Positions 9,801-21,494 of a stretch of DNA of 64,000 nt are shown piece by piece (the stretch's first letter is position 1; each line of letters starts with the position of its first letter). The DNA is from Nitrospirota bacterium (GTDB lineage: Bacteria > UBA2233). The notes beneath the pieces are model-generated. The model was given only the letters and a program-made list of their open reading frames with translations. It searched no databases and was not told where the DNA came from. Location of the stretch: positions 112-64,111 of the forward strand of contig WOZJ01000015.1 in NCBI GenBank assembly GCA_011620345.1, read 5' to 3'. A program made the translations under genes and the position numbers.

Positions 9801-10110
9801 CGGAGACCCGCCTCCAAAAGTTTTAACCTTACTCGAGTTAAGACGTACCGGGCTTCTTGCGCAGCAATTGGGCGTCCAGAAGGTTTCTCAAACCAAGCAT
9901 GAGCTTGTTTTTGAAGTCCATCCTGACTGCCAGAGCGCCTTCGGGGAGGCTTGCCTAGAGAGGCTTTCTATGGACAAGGATGTTCGTTTTTCTAAAGAAG
10001 GATGGATTTTTTTACGAAGGTATCCAGACGTTTCCGGGATTACTCAAGCTCGTCGAATGCTTGAACTCTGGATATCGTGGACAAACCACAAGGAGGCCTG
10101 TGTATCATGA
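6880..10110 (+). CDS. mfd: Transcription-repair coupling factor
   Basis: VHIEHGIGLY (RNAP-interacting domain), CGDAGYGKT, IDEEQRFGV, LSATPIPRTL, QLKGRVGRS, DLEVRGAGNILG. The track start at 6805 lies inside the tRNA, so ATG 6880 is used (no clear SD). Confidence 0.95.
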   Translation: MPLILQNRTQILIQGAIAKAFFTAKLIKEAPGKVYFIAIQNAQSLRNFLNLLKVFLGPGTPIAAEGAFMWFEGKNEIARAWFLNRLATPSLGVLFLPDELLKQKLPSPAAYRKLVLSLETGAKIGQEHVLELLKSWGYDMAFQAAMPGQMAKRGGILDVFPPGEEGPLRFDWFGGTLDSIRQFDAETQRTVAKLGRVTLRPALVPAEAQGSFLSHLPAESVLVVENVENLVDNRDEPAKNPHPFNCFTGHVTAFGPVHRQEVLGISRTIRPRTKPFASLVITAPNHTEGSLKGRLVEWVSALTSQGLRAVLLLRTQPQAERASYLLGQAKISCRIQPALCDGASSLRVDQEKVIALVCPVEETGEVIEDEGLAFLTEQELFGKKRVQAAPKHRADGLFSFKNLNVDEPLVHIEHGIGLYRGLKALTVLGVEKEFIELLYAKGDKLFIPVEKSGVLMRYLGGNGQTLELATLGSKEFERATTKAKKRILEMAQDLVKVQAERDLAKKDPYIVEEALLREFESLFPYDETPDQSKAIEEVYRDLESERLMDRLICGDAGYGKTEVAMRAAFKTVLAGKQVAMLAPTTVLAYQHLQTFKDRFRSFPVHIEGLSRFSSPKAIRSAIRGISDGKVDIVIGTHRMLEKDVTFKNLGLLVIDEEQRFGVTHKERLKQLKTEVNILSLSATPIPRTLYMSLSGLKDLSILQTAPSERQLIETRLLPFSEGVIKEAIDKELQRKGQVFFVYNRIDELEKFAKFLSLRFPSAKIGVGHARMDEAELEAVMVDFFTGKLDILVSTSIVESGLDIPTANTMIVHRADLFGLSQLYQLKGRVGRSKQKGYFYLLVPQESALTKHAQDRMDAILAHDTMGSSFELAVRDLEVRGAGNILGREQSGVIQEIGLEMYFKLLKDTLENLSKKESEKPFCSFEPELKLEAEALIPAHYMPEERDRLYHYRQIATAPSEQTLERILEEMKDLYGDPPPKVLTLLELRRTGLLAQQLGVQKVSQTKHELVFEVHPDCQSAFGEACLERLSMDKDVRFSKEGWIFLRRYPDVSGITQARRMLELWISWTNHKEACVS
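7548..7577. promoter_or_regulatory. Three tandem DnaA boxes within mfd
   Basis: TGTGGAAAA (7548), TGTGGAAAA (7557) and TGTGGATAA (7569), all matching TTWTNCACA on the minus strand. Confidence 0.65.
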
Positions 10111-11057
10111 AACGGACGTTGGCGCACCTAGTCGTGCTTTTTTTATTGATCCAAGGCGCATCGTTTGGTACAGAAGGAGTCCTTTACGACAGGATCGTTG
10201 CCAAGGTGGGTCCAGAAATAATTACCGAAGCAGAAATCAACAGAGTGCTCACCGAGGGGTTGCCCGACGAAAGAAGCGGTCTAAGCGACGAGGAGCTTCA
10301 AAAAAAGGCGCTTGAAAAGGCGATCGAGGAAAAGCTCATACTCTTGCGCGCTAGAGAGTTTGGGATCGAACCTACAGAAAAGGATATCGAGGCCAGCATC
10401 TCCTCGGTTATGGAGCGGACAGGGATGGACCAAAGAGAGTTCGAGGCCCTTTTGGCGAAGGAGGGCCTAACCCAAGAGGCTTATAGGCGTCAAATCAAGC
10501 TCCAAATCCTTCAAAACAGGATCCTGAACAGAGAGACGGCATCCGAGGGGACGCCAGATGACCATAGGCTTAAAGAGTACTACGAAACGCACAAAGAAGA
10601 GTTCCTGGAGCCTCCAAAAGTCCATTTGCGGCAGATCGTTCTTTTCACACCCAAAAGACTCTCGAAGGAAGATCTAGAGCAAAAGGCCGCTCTCATCCTG
10701 GAGATCAAAAAGAAGGTCCAGCAAGGGGAGGACTTTGCCGAGCTTGCGAAGCGTTATTCCGAGGACCCAACTGCTCAAAAAGGGGGGGATATCGGAGCAT
10801 TCGGCTCAGGCGAGCTCATGCCAGAGCTTGAAAAAGAGGTCGAGAATAGGTCGGCCGGAGAGTTGGTCGGCCCGTTCCGATCGAACCTAGGGTTCCACCT
10901 CGTCAAGGTTGAAAAAAAACTTCCTTCCTCCGTTTTGCCGTTCGAAGAAGTGAAGGATGCCGTAAAAAACAAGCTGTTGGCCGATACTCAGCAAGAAAGG
11001 TTCGATGATTGGCTTGCGAAGGCCAAGCAAGAAATTTACATCGAGGTGCTCAAGTAG
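10107..11057 (+). CDS. SurA/PrsA-like peptidyl-prolyl isomerase (parvulin domain)
   Basis: Signal peptide, DRIVAKVG..IT, FAELAKRYSED...GGDIG and GFHLVKV; ATGA overlap with mfd; AAGGAGG SD at 10090. Confidence 0.9.
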   Translation: MKRTLAHLVVLFLLIQGASFGTEGVLYDRIVAKVGPEIITEAEINRVLTEGLPDERSGLSDEELQKKALEKAIEEKLILLRAREFGIEPTEKDIEASISSVMERTGMDQREFEALLAKEGLTQEAYRRQIKLQILQNRILNRETASEGTPDDHRLKEYYETHKEEFLEPPKVHLRQIVLFTPKRLSKEDLEQKAALILEIKKKVQQGEDFAELAKRYSEDPTAQKGGDIGAFGSGELMPELEKEVENRSAGELVGPFRSNLGFHLVKVEKKLPSSVLPFEEVKDAVKNKLLADTQQERFDDWLAKAKQEIYIEVLK

Positions 11058-11064
11058 CGTACGA

Positions 11065-13838
<2,774 letters not shown>

Positions 13839-13842
<4 letters not shown>

Positions 13843-14156
13843 ATTTTTCCTTGCAGCATGAACGCGATGATCAACGCGTAAATCACGAGCGATTCGATCA
13901 AAGCCAGCGCGATGATCATGGGCACTTGAATACGTCCCGATGCCGAAGGGTTGCGAGCAATGCCGTCCAGCGCAGCCGTTGCGGCCCTGCCTTGGGCGAT
14001 GGCACCCCCAAACGCGGCGATGGCGATCCCGAACCCGGATGCCAAAGCAAGCGCCATTTTTGTCTGGCTCCCTTCTGCTCCTGCTTCTTGGGCGAAGGCG
14101 GGGGCCGCCGAGAACACGAGAATCGTCAAACCGAGCATGACAAGAAAACGAGCCAT
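13839..14156 (-). CDS. atpE: ATP synthase F0 subunit c with N-terminal extension
   Basis: GGAIAQG...ARNP...ALIESLVIYAL; GGAGG SD before ATG 14156. Confidence 0.95.
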
Positions 14157-14193
14157 AGCGACAACCTCCGGGTTGTTGTTGGTAGAGGACCTT

Positions 14194-14889
14194 TTAATGA
14201 TCATGGGTCGTGGATAGGGCGATGTAGATCGTCGAAAGCAGCGTGAAAACGAGCGCCTGGATAACGGCCACGAACGCCCCGAGCGCTATGAAAATCACGG
14301 GAATGCCGATGGGGATCAACCCCGAGAAAATCGATAGCACCATGTGGTCGCCGAACATGTTCCCCATCAAACGGACGGCGAGAGAAACGGGACGAACGAG
14401 GTGAGATAGGACTTCGATCGGAAACATAAGCCAAGAAAGAACCAAGATAGGGCCCATGAAGTGTTTCAGGTACGAGACCCCATTCTCCTTGAACCCGTAG
14501 GCGTTGTACATGACGAATACCACGAGGCTCATGCCGAAGTTGGTTGAGATGTTCGATGTGGGCGGGATGAACCCTGGAATCAGCCCGATCAGGTTTGAAA
14601 AGAGGATGTATAAAAACAGCGTCCCTAAAAGCGGGAGGTAATGCCTTGTCCTTTCCCCGATTATCTGCTCGGCCAGGCCGTCTACGAGCCCGACAAGCGC
14701 ATCGAACGTCTCTTCGAGACGAGGGGAACCTTTTGGTAAGGCGCGCGCTTCGAGGTTGCGCGTCCTTAGGTAATAGGCCAAGCTTAAGGACGAAAGAATA
14801 AGGAGCACGACCACCGAGCCGGCTACGTGCTCGGGTAGGGCGTTCAGCCCGGGGATCAAATGAACCCAAAGGATGCCGTGCTCTTCCAT
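14194..14889 (-). CDS. atpB: ATP synthase F0 subunit a
   Basis: LFSNLIGLIPG, PPTSN and RPVSLAVRLMGNMFGDH (essential Arg). Confidence 0.96.
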   Translation of the reverse strand: MEEHGILWVHLIPGLNALPEHVAGSVVVLLILSSLSLAYYLRTRNLEARALPKGSPRLEETFDALVGLVDGLAEQIIGERTRHYLPLLGTLFLYILFSNLIGLIPGFIPPTSNISTNFGMSLVVFVMYNAYGFKENGVSYLKHFMGPILVLSWLMFPIEVLSHLVRPVSLAVRLMGNMFGDHMVLSIFSGLIPIGIPVIFIALGAFVAVIQALVFTLLSTIYIALSTTHDH

Positions 14890-14894
14890 GAGGA

Positions 14895-15164
14895 TTACTC
14901 CTTCTTAAGCCCTTCTAAGAGCCCGTAAAAAACCCCTCCTGCCACAGGAAGGCTGAAACCAACGAGAAACCCTGCCGGATTGAGCCCCAGCTTCAAAAGG
15001 GCAACCCCCACGCAGCCCATGACTCCTACCTCCTTGAGTAAGAAGCCAAAGGCGACAAACCTGCTGACCTGGGCTTCCCCCCTCATAAGCCTAACGACAA
15101 AGCCCCTAAGAAGGGCAAGGTTTAAAAGACTAAGAAGGCTTCCGCAAAAAGCGGCCAGGATCAT
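14895..15164 (-). CDS. ATP synthase subunit I-like membrane protein
   Basis: Hydrophobic 89-aa ORF directly upstream of atpB; ATGA overlap with the preceding gene. Confidence 0.7.
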   Translation of the reverse strand: MILAAFCGSLLSLLNLALLRGFVVRLMRGEAQVSRFVAFGFLLKEVGVMGCVGVALLKLGLNPAGFLVGFSLPVAGGVFYGLLEGLKKE

Positions 15165-15382
15165 CCGTTCCCGTTATCCTCTTTCTGGACGAGCTTTGCG
15201 AGCGCGACGAAATCTCGAACGGCTGCGATAAGCCCCGCAATCAAGCCCAAAATAAAAAAAAGAGGGGCTTTGCCCGTCTTCATATCCAAAAAAGCACCAA
15301 ACAGAAGCCCTGCAATCAACTCCAAGGCCGCCTGTATGCTAAGCCCCCATGCAATCATAGCTTTCCTCGAAAGGAACGCCAC
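15161..15382 (-). CDS. AtpZ/AtpI-family small membrane protein
   Basis: GLLFGAFLD..TG..P.F.ILGLIAG pattern; first gene of the F0 operon. Confidence 0.8.
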   Translation of the reverse strand: MAFLSRKAMIAWGLSIQAALELIAGLLFGAFLDMKTGKAPLFFILGLIAGLIAAVRDFVALAKLVQKEDNGNG

Positions 15383-15533
15383 GGCAGCCCCTTTGGAGGT
15401 GTATATTTATAAAAGCAACGCCGTCTTTACAAGGTGAGCCTATACCCCTAGCGTATTCACGTTACCATAGCCTCTCTTTTTGCGTCAACAGATGCCAACA
15501 ATTAATTGCCCTTAGGCTTTACACGGGGATAAA

Positions 15534-16166
15534 ATGGCTGCTGGAGATATAAAGGAACTGGGAAGGAAAGTGGGGATCCGAATTACGAAAGTGTACACCC
15601 GCTACGGGGATAAGGGTTGGACTAGGCTGGCGGGAGGAAAGAAGGTATTTAAAGACCACAAAAGGGTGGCCGCCTACGGGACGCTCGACGAGCTCAACGG
15701 AATTTTGGGCATCGTTCTGGCGGTTTGTTCTGGTCAGGATGAAGGCTCGCAGGCCGAGCTCGTCGAACTGGTGGTATGGCTTCAAAACGAGCTGTTCGAC
15801 TTTGGCTCGGACATCGCAACTCCCCCCAAAGTGGCCGAAAATAGAGGCGTAAGGATCTTGGAGTTTCACGTTGAACGGCTCGAAGCCTCGATAGACAGGC
15901 TGAATGCCGAGCTAAAGCCCTTGGATTCGTTCGTGCTTCCTGGCGGGAGCCTGGCGGGAGCCTTTTTGCATCAGGCGAGGACGGTGGCGAGAAGGGCCGA
16001 AAGGATTCTAGTCGGGCTTTCAAAGGAGGAGCCCGTGAACGAGACGCACCTTAAATACATCAACCGGATGAGCGACCTTCTGTTTGTGATGGCTAGGTGG
16101 GCAAACAAAAGGCTTGGCGTTGCGGACGTTCTATGGCAACGAAAAGAAGGCCGTTCGTCTTTTTAA
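15534..16166 (+). CDS. PduO-type cob(I)alamin adenosyltransferase
   Basis: KVYTRYGDKG, RVAAYGTLDELN, FVLPGG, ARTVARRAER and YINRMSDLLFVMAR. Confidence 0.95.
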   Translation: MAAGDIKELGRKVGIRITKVYTRYGDKGWTRLAGGKKVFKDHKRVAAYGTLDELNGILGIVLAVCSGQDEGSQAELVELVVWLQNELFDFGSDIATPPKVAENRGVRILEFHVERLEASIDRLNAELKPLDSFVLPGGSLAGAFLHQARTVARRAERILVGLSKEEPVNETHLKYINRMSDLLFVMARWANKRLGVADVLWQRKEGRSSF

Positions 16167-17189
16167 TTAGACGATGCAGGTTTGCTTGTAGAGCCCGAAG
16201 TTCTCGAGGACGGCACCGGCGCCCAGGACAACGACAATAAGTGGCGATTTCACTCTTGCCACCTTCAGCCCTGTCGCTTTGTGGATGCGAAGATGCAGGT
16301 TCCTAAGGAGCGAACCTCCTCCAGCCAGGACGACGCCGTTCTCCATGATGTCGCCCGCTATCTCGGGCGAGGCGTAGGAGAGCCCCTTCAGCACCGATTC
16401 GACTATGGCGTTGACCGGGTCTTGGAGCGCCTCGAAAATATCCTTGTCCGTAATGCGGAACTCTCTAGGGACCCCCTCGATGACGTCTCTGCCGATGGTT
16501 GGCATCTCGACGGTATTAGGCAGCTGCACGGCAGAACCCAGCAGGATCTTGAGTTTCTCAGCCTCGAAAATGCCGATTTGAAGGCCGTAGCGCTTTCGGA
16601 TGTAGCGGGCGATCGCTTCGTCCATCTCGTCACCCGCAACCCTGAGTGATTCACTGTAAACCGTTGAGAACATCGAAATGACGGCGATCTCTGTCGTTCC
16701 GCCCCCGATGTCGACGATCATATGGCCCTTGGGCGTATGGACCGGGAGTTTCGCTCCGATCGCTGCGGCCATTGGCTCCTCGATCAGGTGGACCTCTTTG
16801 GCGGAAGCCTGTATTGCGGCGTCGATGACGGCCTTCTTTTCGACCTGCGTCGTGCCGGAAGGCACGCCGATCACCAGCGTGGGGCGAGTCAAGTGAAACC
16901 CGTGATTGACCATTTTAATGAAAGTGCGGACCATGAGGTTGGTCTTGTTAAAGTCCGCGATGACGCCGTCTTTCATGGGCCGGGCCGTCTCGACGTTTGG
17001 ATGGCTCTTTCCATAGAGCTTCTTGGCCTCGTTCCCTACGGCAAGAAGCCGAGGGGGTCTTACCTGAACGGCCACGATGGAAGGTTCGTTCAGCACGATC
17101 CCCGAACCTGGTGTGTAGATGAGGGTGTTCGCTGTCCCAAGGTCGATGGCATAGCCATGACGAAAGATTCTACGTAGAGAGCCTAGCAT
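16167..17189 (-). CDS. mreB: MreB-family actin-like protein (no mreCD nearby)
   Basis: AIDLGTANT, RPMKDGVIADF, IEEPMAAAIGA, VDIGGGTTE and LAGGGSLL; start moved to ATG 17189 (AGAAGGA SD). Confidence 0.93.
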   Translation of the reverse strand: MLGSLRRIFRHGYAIDLGTANTLIYTPGSGIVLNEPSIVAVQVRPPRLLAVGNEAKKLYGKSHPNVETARPMKDGVIADFNKTNLMVRTFIKMVNHGFHLTRPTLVIGVPSGTTQVEKKAVIDAAIQASAKEVHLIEEPMAAAIGAKLPVHTPKGHMIVDIGGGTTEIAVISMFSTVYSESLRVAGDEMDEAIARYIRKRYGLQIGIFEAEKLKILLGSAVQLPNTVEMPTIGRDVIEGVPREFRITDKDIFEALQDPVNAIVESVLKGLSYASPEIAGDIMENGVVLAGGGSLLRNLHLRIHKATGLKVARVKSPLIVVVLGAGAVLENFGLYKQTCIV

Positions 17190-17209
17190 ATTCCTTCTGT
17201 ACGCTTTGA

Positions 17210-18679
17210 TTAGCAATACTTTTTTTCATCATACACGACTTTGAACATGAGCGTGGGGGTGTTGGCCTCTCTTGGGCACTCAAATACTCTGCTTTGCCAA
17301 AAAATCTCAATCGCAAGCCTTTTTTCGAGCGTGTCTTTAAGTGAGGCCAAAAGGGGGAGGATCCGTTGACGGTAGAGCTTATCGAGATTGTCCCTTCCAT
17401 TCCTAGAAACGAACGCGAGCTCTTCAAGGCCTAAGCTGAACACGGCCGTTTCTTTGGATTGCAAGGTTCGGACCGTCTGAAAGAAGGCCCTCGTGAACGC
17501 AATGACCCGATAGTAGCCGTAAACCCTTACCAATTCCTTAAGCCCGGTAAGTCGAAGAGTAAGGATTTCAAACGGCCAGCCTTTTTGGAACATGTGCGTT
17601 ACAAAGGCCTCGAAGGCGAGGGTGTTCAATAGTTCCGTATAGGGATCTTTGAGGTGCAACGTTTGCACAAGGTGCATGTCGAGCAGCCTCCTTAAGAACT
17701 CCTTGCCTAAATGAACGGCAAGAAACATTTCTTTTGGCGGCAGAGGAGATGCCGAGAAAACACCGAGAATACCTTTCGTCTCCAAAGGGCCAGAAAGAGG
17801 AAGAAAGAGCGCATACCCGTTTGAGGGCGTGGAAACGTCCTCGGCAATGGCTGAGGTTTGGGATTGTGATAGGTTCACGTTGACGGGGCAGCCCTTTGAA
17901 AGTGCCATGCCTACAAGGGAATGCTCCATGTCAACCGATTCCGGCGGAAACGGGTTTAGCCCTCCAAACGTGTACACGTCCGAGTCTAACTCGGCCAAGG
18001 CTTTCGAAGGAAGCGTAAGGATGAATCCCATCCCATTAGGAAGGAAGCCGTCAAACCCGGCCTTGAGCGCGGCTAAGAGTGCAGCCTCGCCGGAGGCCTC
18101 TTCGAGCTTTTTTTGAATGTTCGCTAGCAGCTCCAAGTCTACGAGCGTGGATCCGTCCGGCTCGCTTGGCCCCTTGGCAGGTTTGGCCTGCAAGAGTTTT
18201 GGCAAAAACCGTGTCGCCTGGATGAGGAGCTTTTCTTTGGTCTTATGGATGTCGTACGCCTTGAGCGAGTCTAAGTAGAGTAACCAAAACGGCTCTTTGG
18301 CGTTGATGGGGGCAAGCAGGGCCGATTTAATCGTGGGCGCATACTTGTAGAGGCGGGTAAACCGCATCAACGTCTCGTCGCCGGCCGTAAAAAATACCGG
18401 CTTGCCCTGTTGCAAGGCAGCGAGGGAAGACGAAGGAAAGCCTTCAACAACGGCCTTCATGTTGAAATGCGGGGATAGGCTATGGGCGACAAACGGGGAG
18501 AAGCGCGACCCCTCAACCTTCAGGAGAGCAAGCGTATGTCCGTCCAGGGCGGAGTTAAAAAGCTCCAGGAAGGATTCGAGCGTCCTGGACAAGGTTATCC
18601 TCATCCGATGGTGTTCTTCCTTGCAACGAAGTTTTTCGTCTTTAATCGGCCTCAAAGAGGACTCCGTTCCCTTTTGCAT
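17210..18679 (-). CDS. GAF-like domain protein with a degenerate GGDEF-like C-terminus
   Basis: Two GAF-like segments (SALLAPI...LYLDS; SLVGMAL...ALFLPL...GILGV), then DPYTELLN...LKELVRVYGY...SLGLEEL. Start may be ATG 18604. Confidence 0.6.
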   Translation of the reverse strand: MQKGTESSLRPIKDEKLRCKEEHHRMRITLSRTLESFLELFNSALDGHTLALLKVEGSRFSPFVAHSLSPHFNMKAVVEGFPSSSLAALQQGKPVFFTAGDETLMRFTRLYKYAPTIKSALLAPINAKEPFWLLYLDSLKAYDIHKTKEKLLIQATRFLPKLLQAKPAKGPSEPDGSTLVDLELLANIQKKLEEASGEAALLAALKAGFDGFLPNGMGFILTLPSKALAELDSDVYTFGGLNPFPPESVDMEHSLVGMALSKGCPVNVNLSQSQTSAIAEDVSTPSNGYALFLPLSGPLETKGILGVFSASPLPPKEMFLAVHLGKEFLRRLLDMHLVQTLHLKDPYTELLNTLAFEAFVTHMFQKGWPFEILTLRLTGLKELVRVYGYYRVIAFTRAFFQTVRTLQSKETAVFSLGLEELAFVSRNGRDNLDKLYRQRILPLLASLKDTLEKRLAIEIFWQSRVFECPREANTPTLMFKVVYDEKKYC

Positions 18680-18857
18680 TCCACAAGGCCGGTCGTATTG
18701 TTATAATAGCATGCGGTCGGGGAAGCCAACCTACCCGTCGGCATTCCTGGCTCGCTTTTGGGCGTAGCGGCCGCCCTTAAGCCAAGCAGCCCACTATCCT
18801 CACCCAGCGTTGTTTGGCGTTGAATCTCCAAGATGAAATTCAAACCGGTGTGGCGCA

Positions 18858-20564
18858 ATGATCAAGACATGGGGAAGTTTGGCACTCAAGGGAGGCTTGC
18901 TCCCGTTCGTGGTTTTTACCCTCGCGTTTATTCTGTACTTTCCGTTCTTGGGACAAAGAGACCTATGGGCTCCAGACGAGCCTAGGTACGCAAGGGTTGC
19001 GGCCGAAATGCTCGAGCGTAAAGACTTCGTTCTTCCTCGTTGGAATGGCCAGGTATACACCCAAAAGCCCCCGTTGTTCTTTTGGAGCATCGCCTCGAGC
19101 GCGCGCGTCCTTGGCGGGCTGAACGAGTTTTCGGCAAGGGTACCCGTCGCTCTTTCGGCCTGCTTGCTTGCCGTAATCGTCTTCTTCCTGACGTTCGAGC
19201 TCGGCCAGCCCCCAAGAGTTGGGATTTTGGCCGCCGTTTGCTTTTTTAGTGTCCAAAAAATATTTTGGCAGGCACGGTTTGGCCAGATCGAGATGGTTTT
19301 GAACATGCTGATGTTTGGAGCCTTTTTGTGCCTTTTGAAGGGCTTGCGAACGAAAAACATGGCGCTTTGGGTTTCAGGAGGCGTGCTTTGCGGCCTAGCG
19401 ACGCTCACCAAAGGCCCGATCGGGCTCGTGTTTCCAGGGATATTCACGCTATTTGCGCTGCTCATCCTCGAAGGTAGGGCGTTTCCACGCATTCATTGGT
19501 GGCTGATAGCGGCTGTCGCCTACCTTGTTCCTATGTTGCCATGGATGATTTCCGTGCTCGCCGTTGCAGGTCCGGATTACTTGAGCCTTGTATTCCTAAA
19601 GCAGAGCTTTGGGAGGTATTTGGATCCATGGCACCACTACAAGCCTTTTTATTACTACCTGCTCGTGTTTATCCCCGGGTTTTTCCCGGCGACAGTCCTG
19701 CTTATACCCGGGCTGTTTCGAGGGTTTTGGGGCTCGCTCAAGGAGCACAAAAGGGCGCTGTGGGCTTCTGGTGGGATTGCGCTGTTCGTCCTGCTCTTCT
19801 TTTCGTTGAGCAAGGGCAAAAGGGATATTTACATCCTCCCCGCCTACATCGCCCTATGCCCCTTCGTTGCGATCCTCATGGATCAGGCGGCCAAAGAAGC
19901 CGACCGTTTTCGGGGGTTCTGGAGGGTCGTCTTTTTCTTCCAAACGCTCATGGCATGGCTCCTCGGCCTTGCGGGGGTTGTATTGTTGGTCGATGGCCTC
20001 CTTGGGCGGATCCCAAAAAACCCGTACGGGTCTTTTGAGGGCATCGTGTTGCTTTTGGCGGGCGTCTTGTTTGGGCTAAGCTCGAGGCTCAAAACTAGCC
20101 CCCCTGTACGCTTTTTGGCCCCCTACATCGCCTTTTCTTTCCTGCTGCACGGCTTTCTCCTTCCGCCGATCGACCGCTACAAGTCTGCCAAGCCCTTCGT
20201 CTTCATGCTAAAAAACCGCTTTGGGGACGATGTGGAACTTGCAAGCTTTGGGCCTCCAAACGTAGGGCTATTGTTCTACTTTGGCAAGAACATCCCCGTC
20301 TTTCGTGATGTCGATGGCCTTGGGGCGGTGGCCAAAAAAGACGGGCCAACCCGTCACCTTGTAGTCTGTTATGCCTCGGACTTCGAGAAGTTGCCCAAGA
20401 AGGAAGCCTTTATCCCAATCCTGAAAGGACGTATCGGGTCAAAAACCCTCATTGTCGGCAGCTATAGCCTCGAGGACGGCGCAAACGACCTCGTCTACGC
20501 CGATCCCGGCCATCAGCGCGTTTTTCTGGGCGGAGGAAAGGTGCTTCATGCGGGAGCCCTTTAG
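18858..20564 (+). CDS. ArnT/PMT-family (GT83/GT39) membrane glycosyltransferase
   Basis: PDEPRYA..A.EM, KPPLFFW, FSARVP, TLTKGPIG and many TM segments. Confidence 0.9.
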   Translation: MIKTWGSLALKGGLLPFVVFTLAFILYFPFLGQRDLWAPDEPRYARVAAEMLERKDFVLPRWNGQVYTQKPPLFFWSIASSARVLGGLNEFSARVPVALSACLLAVIVFFLTFELGQPPRVGILAAVCFFSVQKIFWQARFGQIEMVLNMLMFGAFLCLLKGLRTKNMALWVSGGVLCGLATLTKGPIGLVFPGIFTLFALLILEGRAFPRIHWWLIAAVAYLVPMLPWMISVLAVAGPDYLSLVFLKQSFGRYLDPWHHYKPFYYYLLVFIPGFFPATVLLIPGLFRGFWGSLKEHKRALWASGGIALFVLLFFSLSKGKRDIYILPAYIALCPFVAILMDQAAKEADRFRGFWRVVFFFQTLMAWLLGLAGVVLLVDGLLGRIPKNPYGSFEGIVLLLAGVLFGLSSRLKTSPPVRFLAPYIAFSFLLHGFLLPPIDRYKSAKPFVFMLKNRFGDDVELASFGPPNVGLLFYFGKNIPVFRDVDGLGAVAKKDGPTRHLVVCYASDFEKLPKKEAFIPILKGRIGSKTLIVGSYSLEDGANDLVYADPGHQRVFLGGGKVLHAGAL

Positions 20565-21494
20565 GGCCTCGTGGATGGGCGGAACGAGTACCCTTCCCTT
20601 GCCCAAAGGGGCCCATTTTAGGGGAGAATGGGCCTTGAGCGGGGAGAAGAGCCCGACGGTTTTCACGCCGAGCAGGCTCGCTAGGTGAAGAACCCCCGTT
20701 GAGGGGGCGACAAGAACACGGAAGCGCTTCAATACCGCGGCAAACTCTGACAGCTCCAGGCCGACGACTTTTATTGTGCGCGTGTCGGACTCACGCAGAA
20801 TCGTATCGAGCAGCCCCTCTTCAAGGGCCGAACCGGTCAGGACGGGCACGACCCTCCCTGTCGCCGTCAGGCGCTTCAGGAGCTTTACGTAGTTTGCAAG
20901 CGGCCAGTTGAGGGCGGACCCGCCAAAGCCCGGATGGATTCCGACCACGGGGCGGGAGGCCAAGATGGGGGCGAGTGTTTCAAAAAAGGAATCCGCGCCG
21001 TTCTTCTGAGATTCCGAGAAAGCTGCAGGAAGGGCATCGAACAGCTCTTTTGGGGAGGCTTCCTGGTGGCCCCCAAGCCTTTCTAAAAAGGCAAGAGCGA
21101 ATCTGCTTTCGTGGACTGGCGGATGAGAGCGGCGAAGAGAAACCTTTTTGTTGAACAACAGCCCGCTTGGCTTGTAGGCATAGCCCACCCGTACGGGGAT
21201 TTGAAGGAAGAACGAGGCAAGGGCGGCTTGAAAGGGCGCATAGACCGCCATGAGCGTATGCAGCCGCATTGACCGGAGGCCTTTGAGGGACTCCGAAAAG
21301 GGGCTGTTTCGCTCCATAGGAACCCACGAAACCCCTTCGATCGGTACAATCTTTGAAAGCCCTGCAACCTTCGGGTTTACGATCAAAATGACCCTACGGC
21401 TAGGAAAAGCGCGGCGGGTCGCTAAAACAAGAGGAAGCGTGAGGATCAAGTCTCCCAGCCCGTCGTTTCTAAGGATGCCTATCGCATTAGACAT
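20439..21494 (-). CDS. GT9 LPS heptosyltransferase-like glycosyltransferase
   Basis: RNDGLGDLILTLP, IHPGFGGS..NWP and STGVLHLAS; probable start MSNAIG at 21494. Confidence 0.88.
   Translation of the reverse strand: MSNAIGILRNDGLGDLILTLPLVLATRRAFPSRRVILIVNPKVAGLSKIVPIEGVSWVPMERNSPFSESLKGLRSMRLHTLMAVYAPFQAALASFFLQIPVRVGYAYKPSGLLFNKKVSLRRSHPPVHESRFALAFLERLGGHQEASPKELFDALPAAFSESQKNGADSFFETLAPILASRPVVGIHPGFGGSALNWPLANYVKLLKRLTATGRVVPVLTGSALEEGLLDTILRESDTRTIKVVGLELSEFAAVLKRFRVLVAPSTGVLHLASLLGVKTVGLFSPLKAHSPLKWAPLGKGRVLVPPIHEALKGSRMKHLSSAQKNALMAGIGVDEVVCAVLEAIAADNEGF

Noticed and set aside
15863-15876. parS-like GTTTCACGTTGAAC (also TGTTTCACGTAGACC near 56161)
   Set aside because: Two to three mismatches break the palindrome, and both lie in coding sequence.
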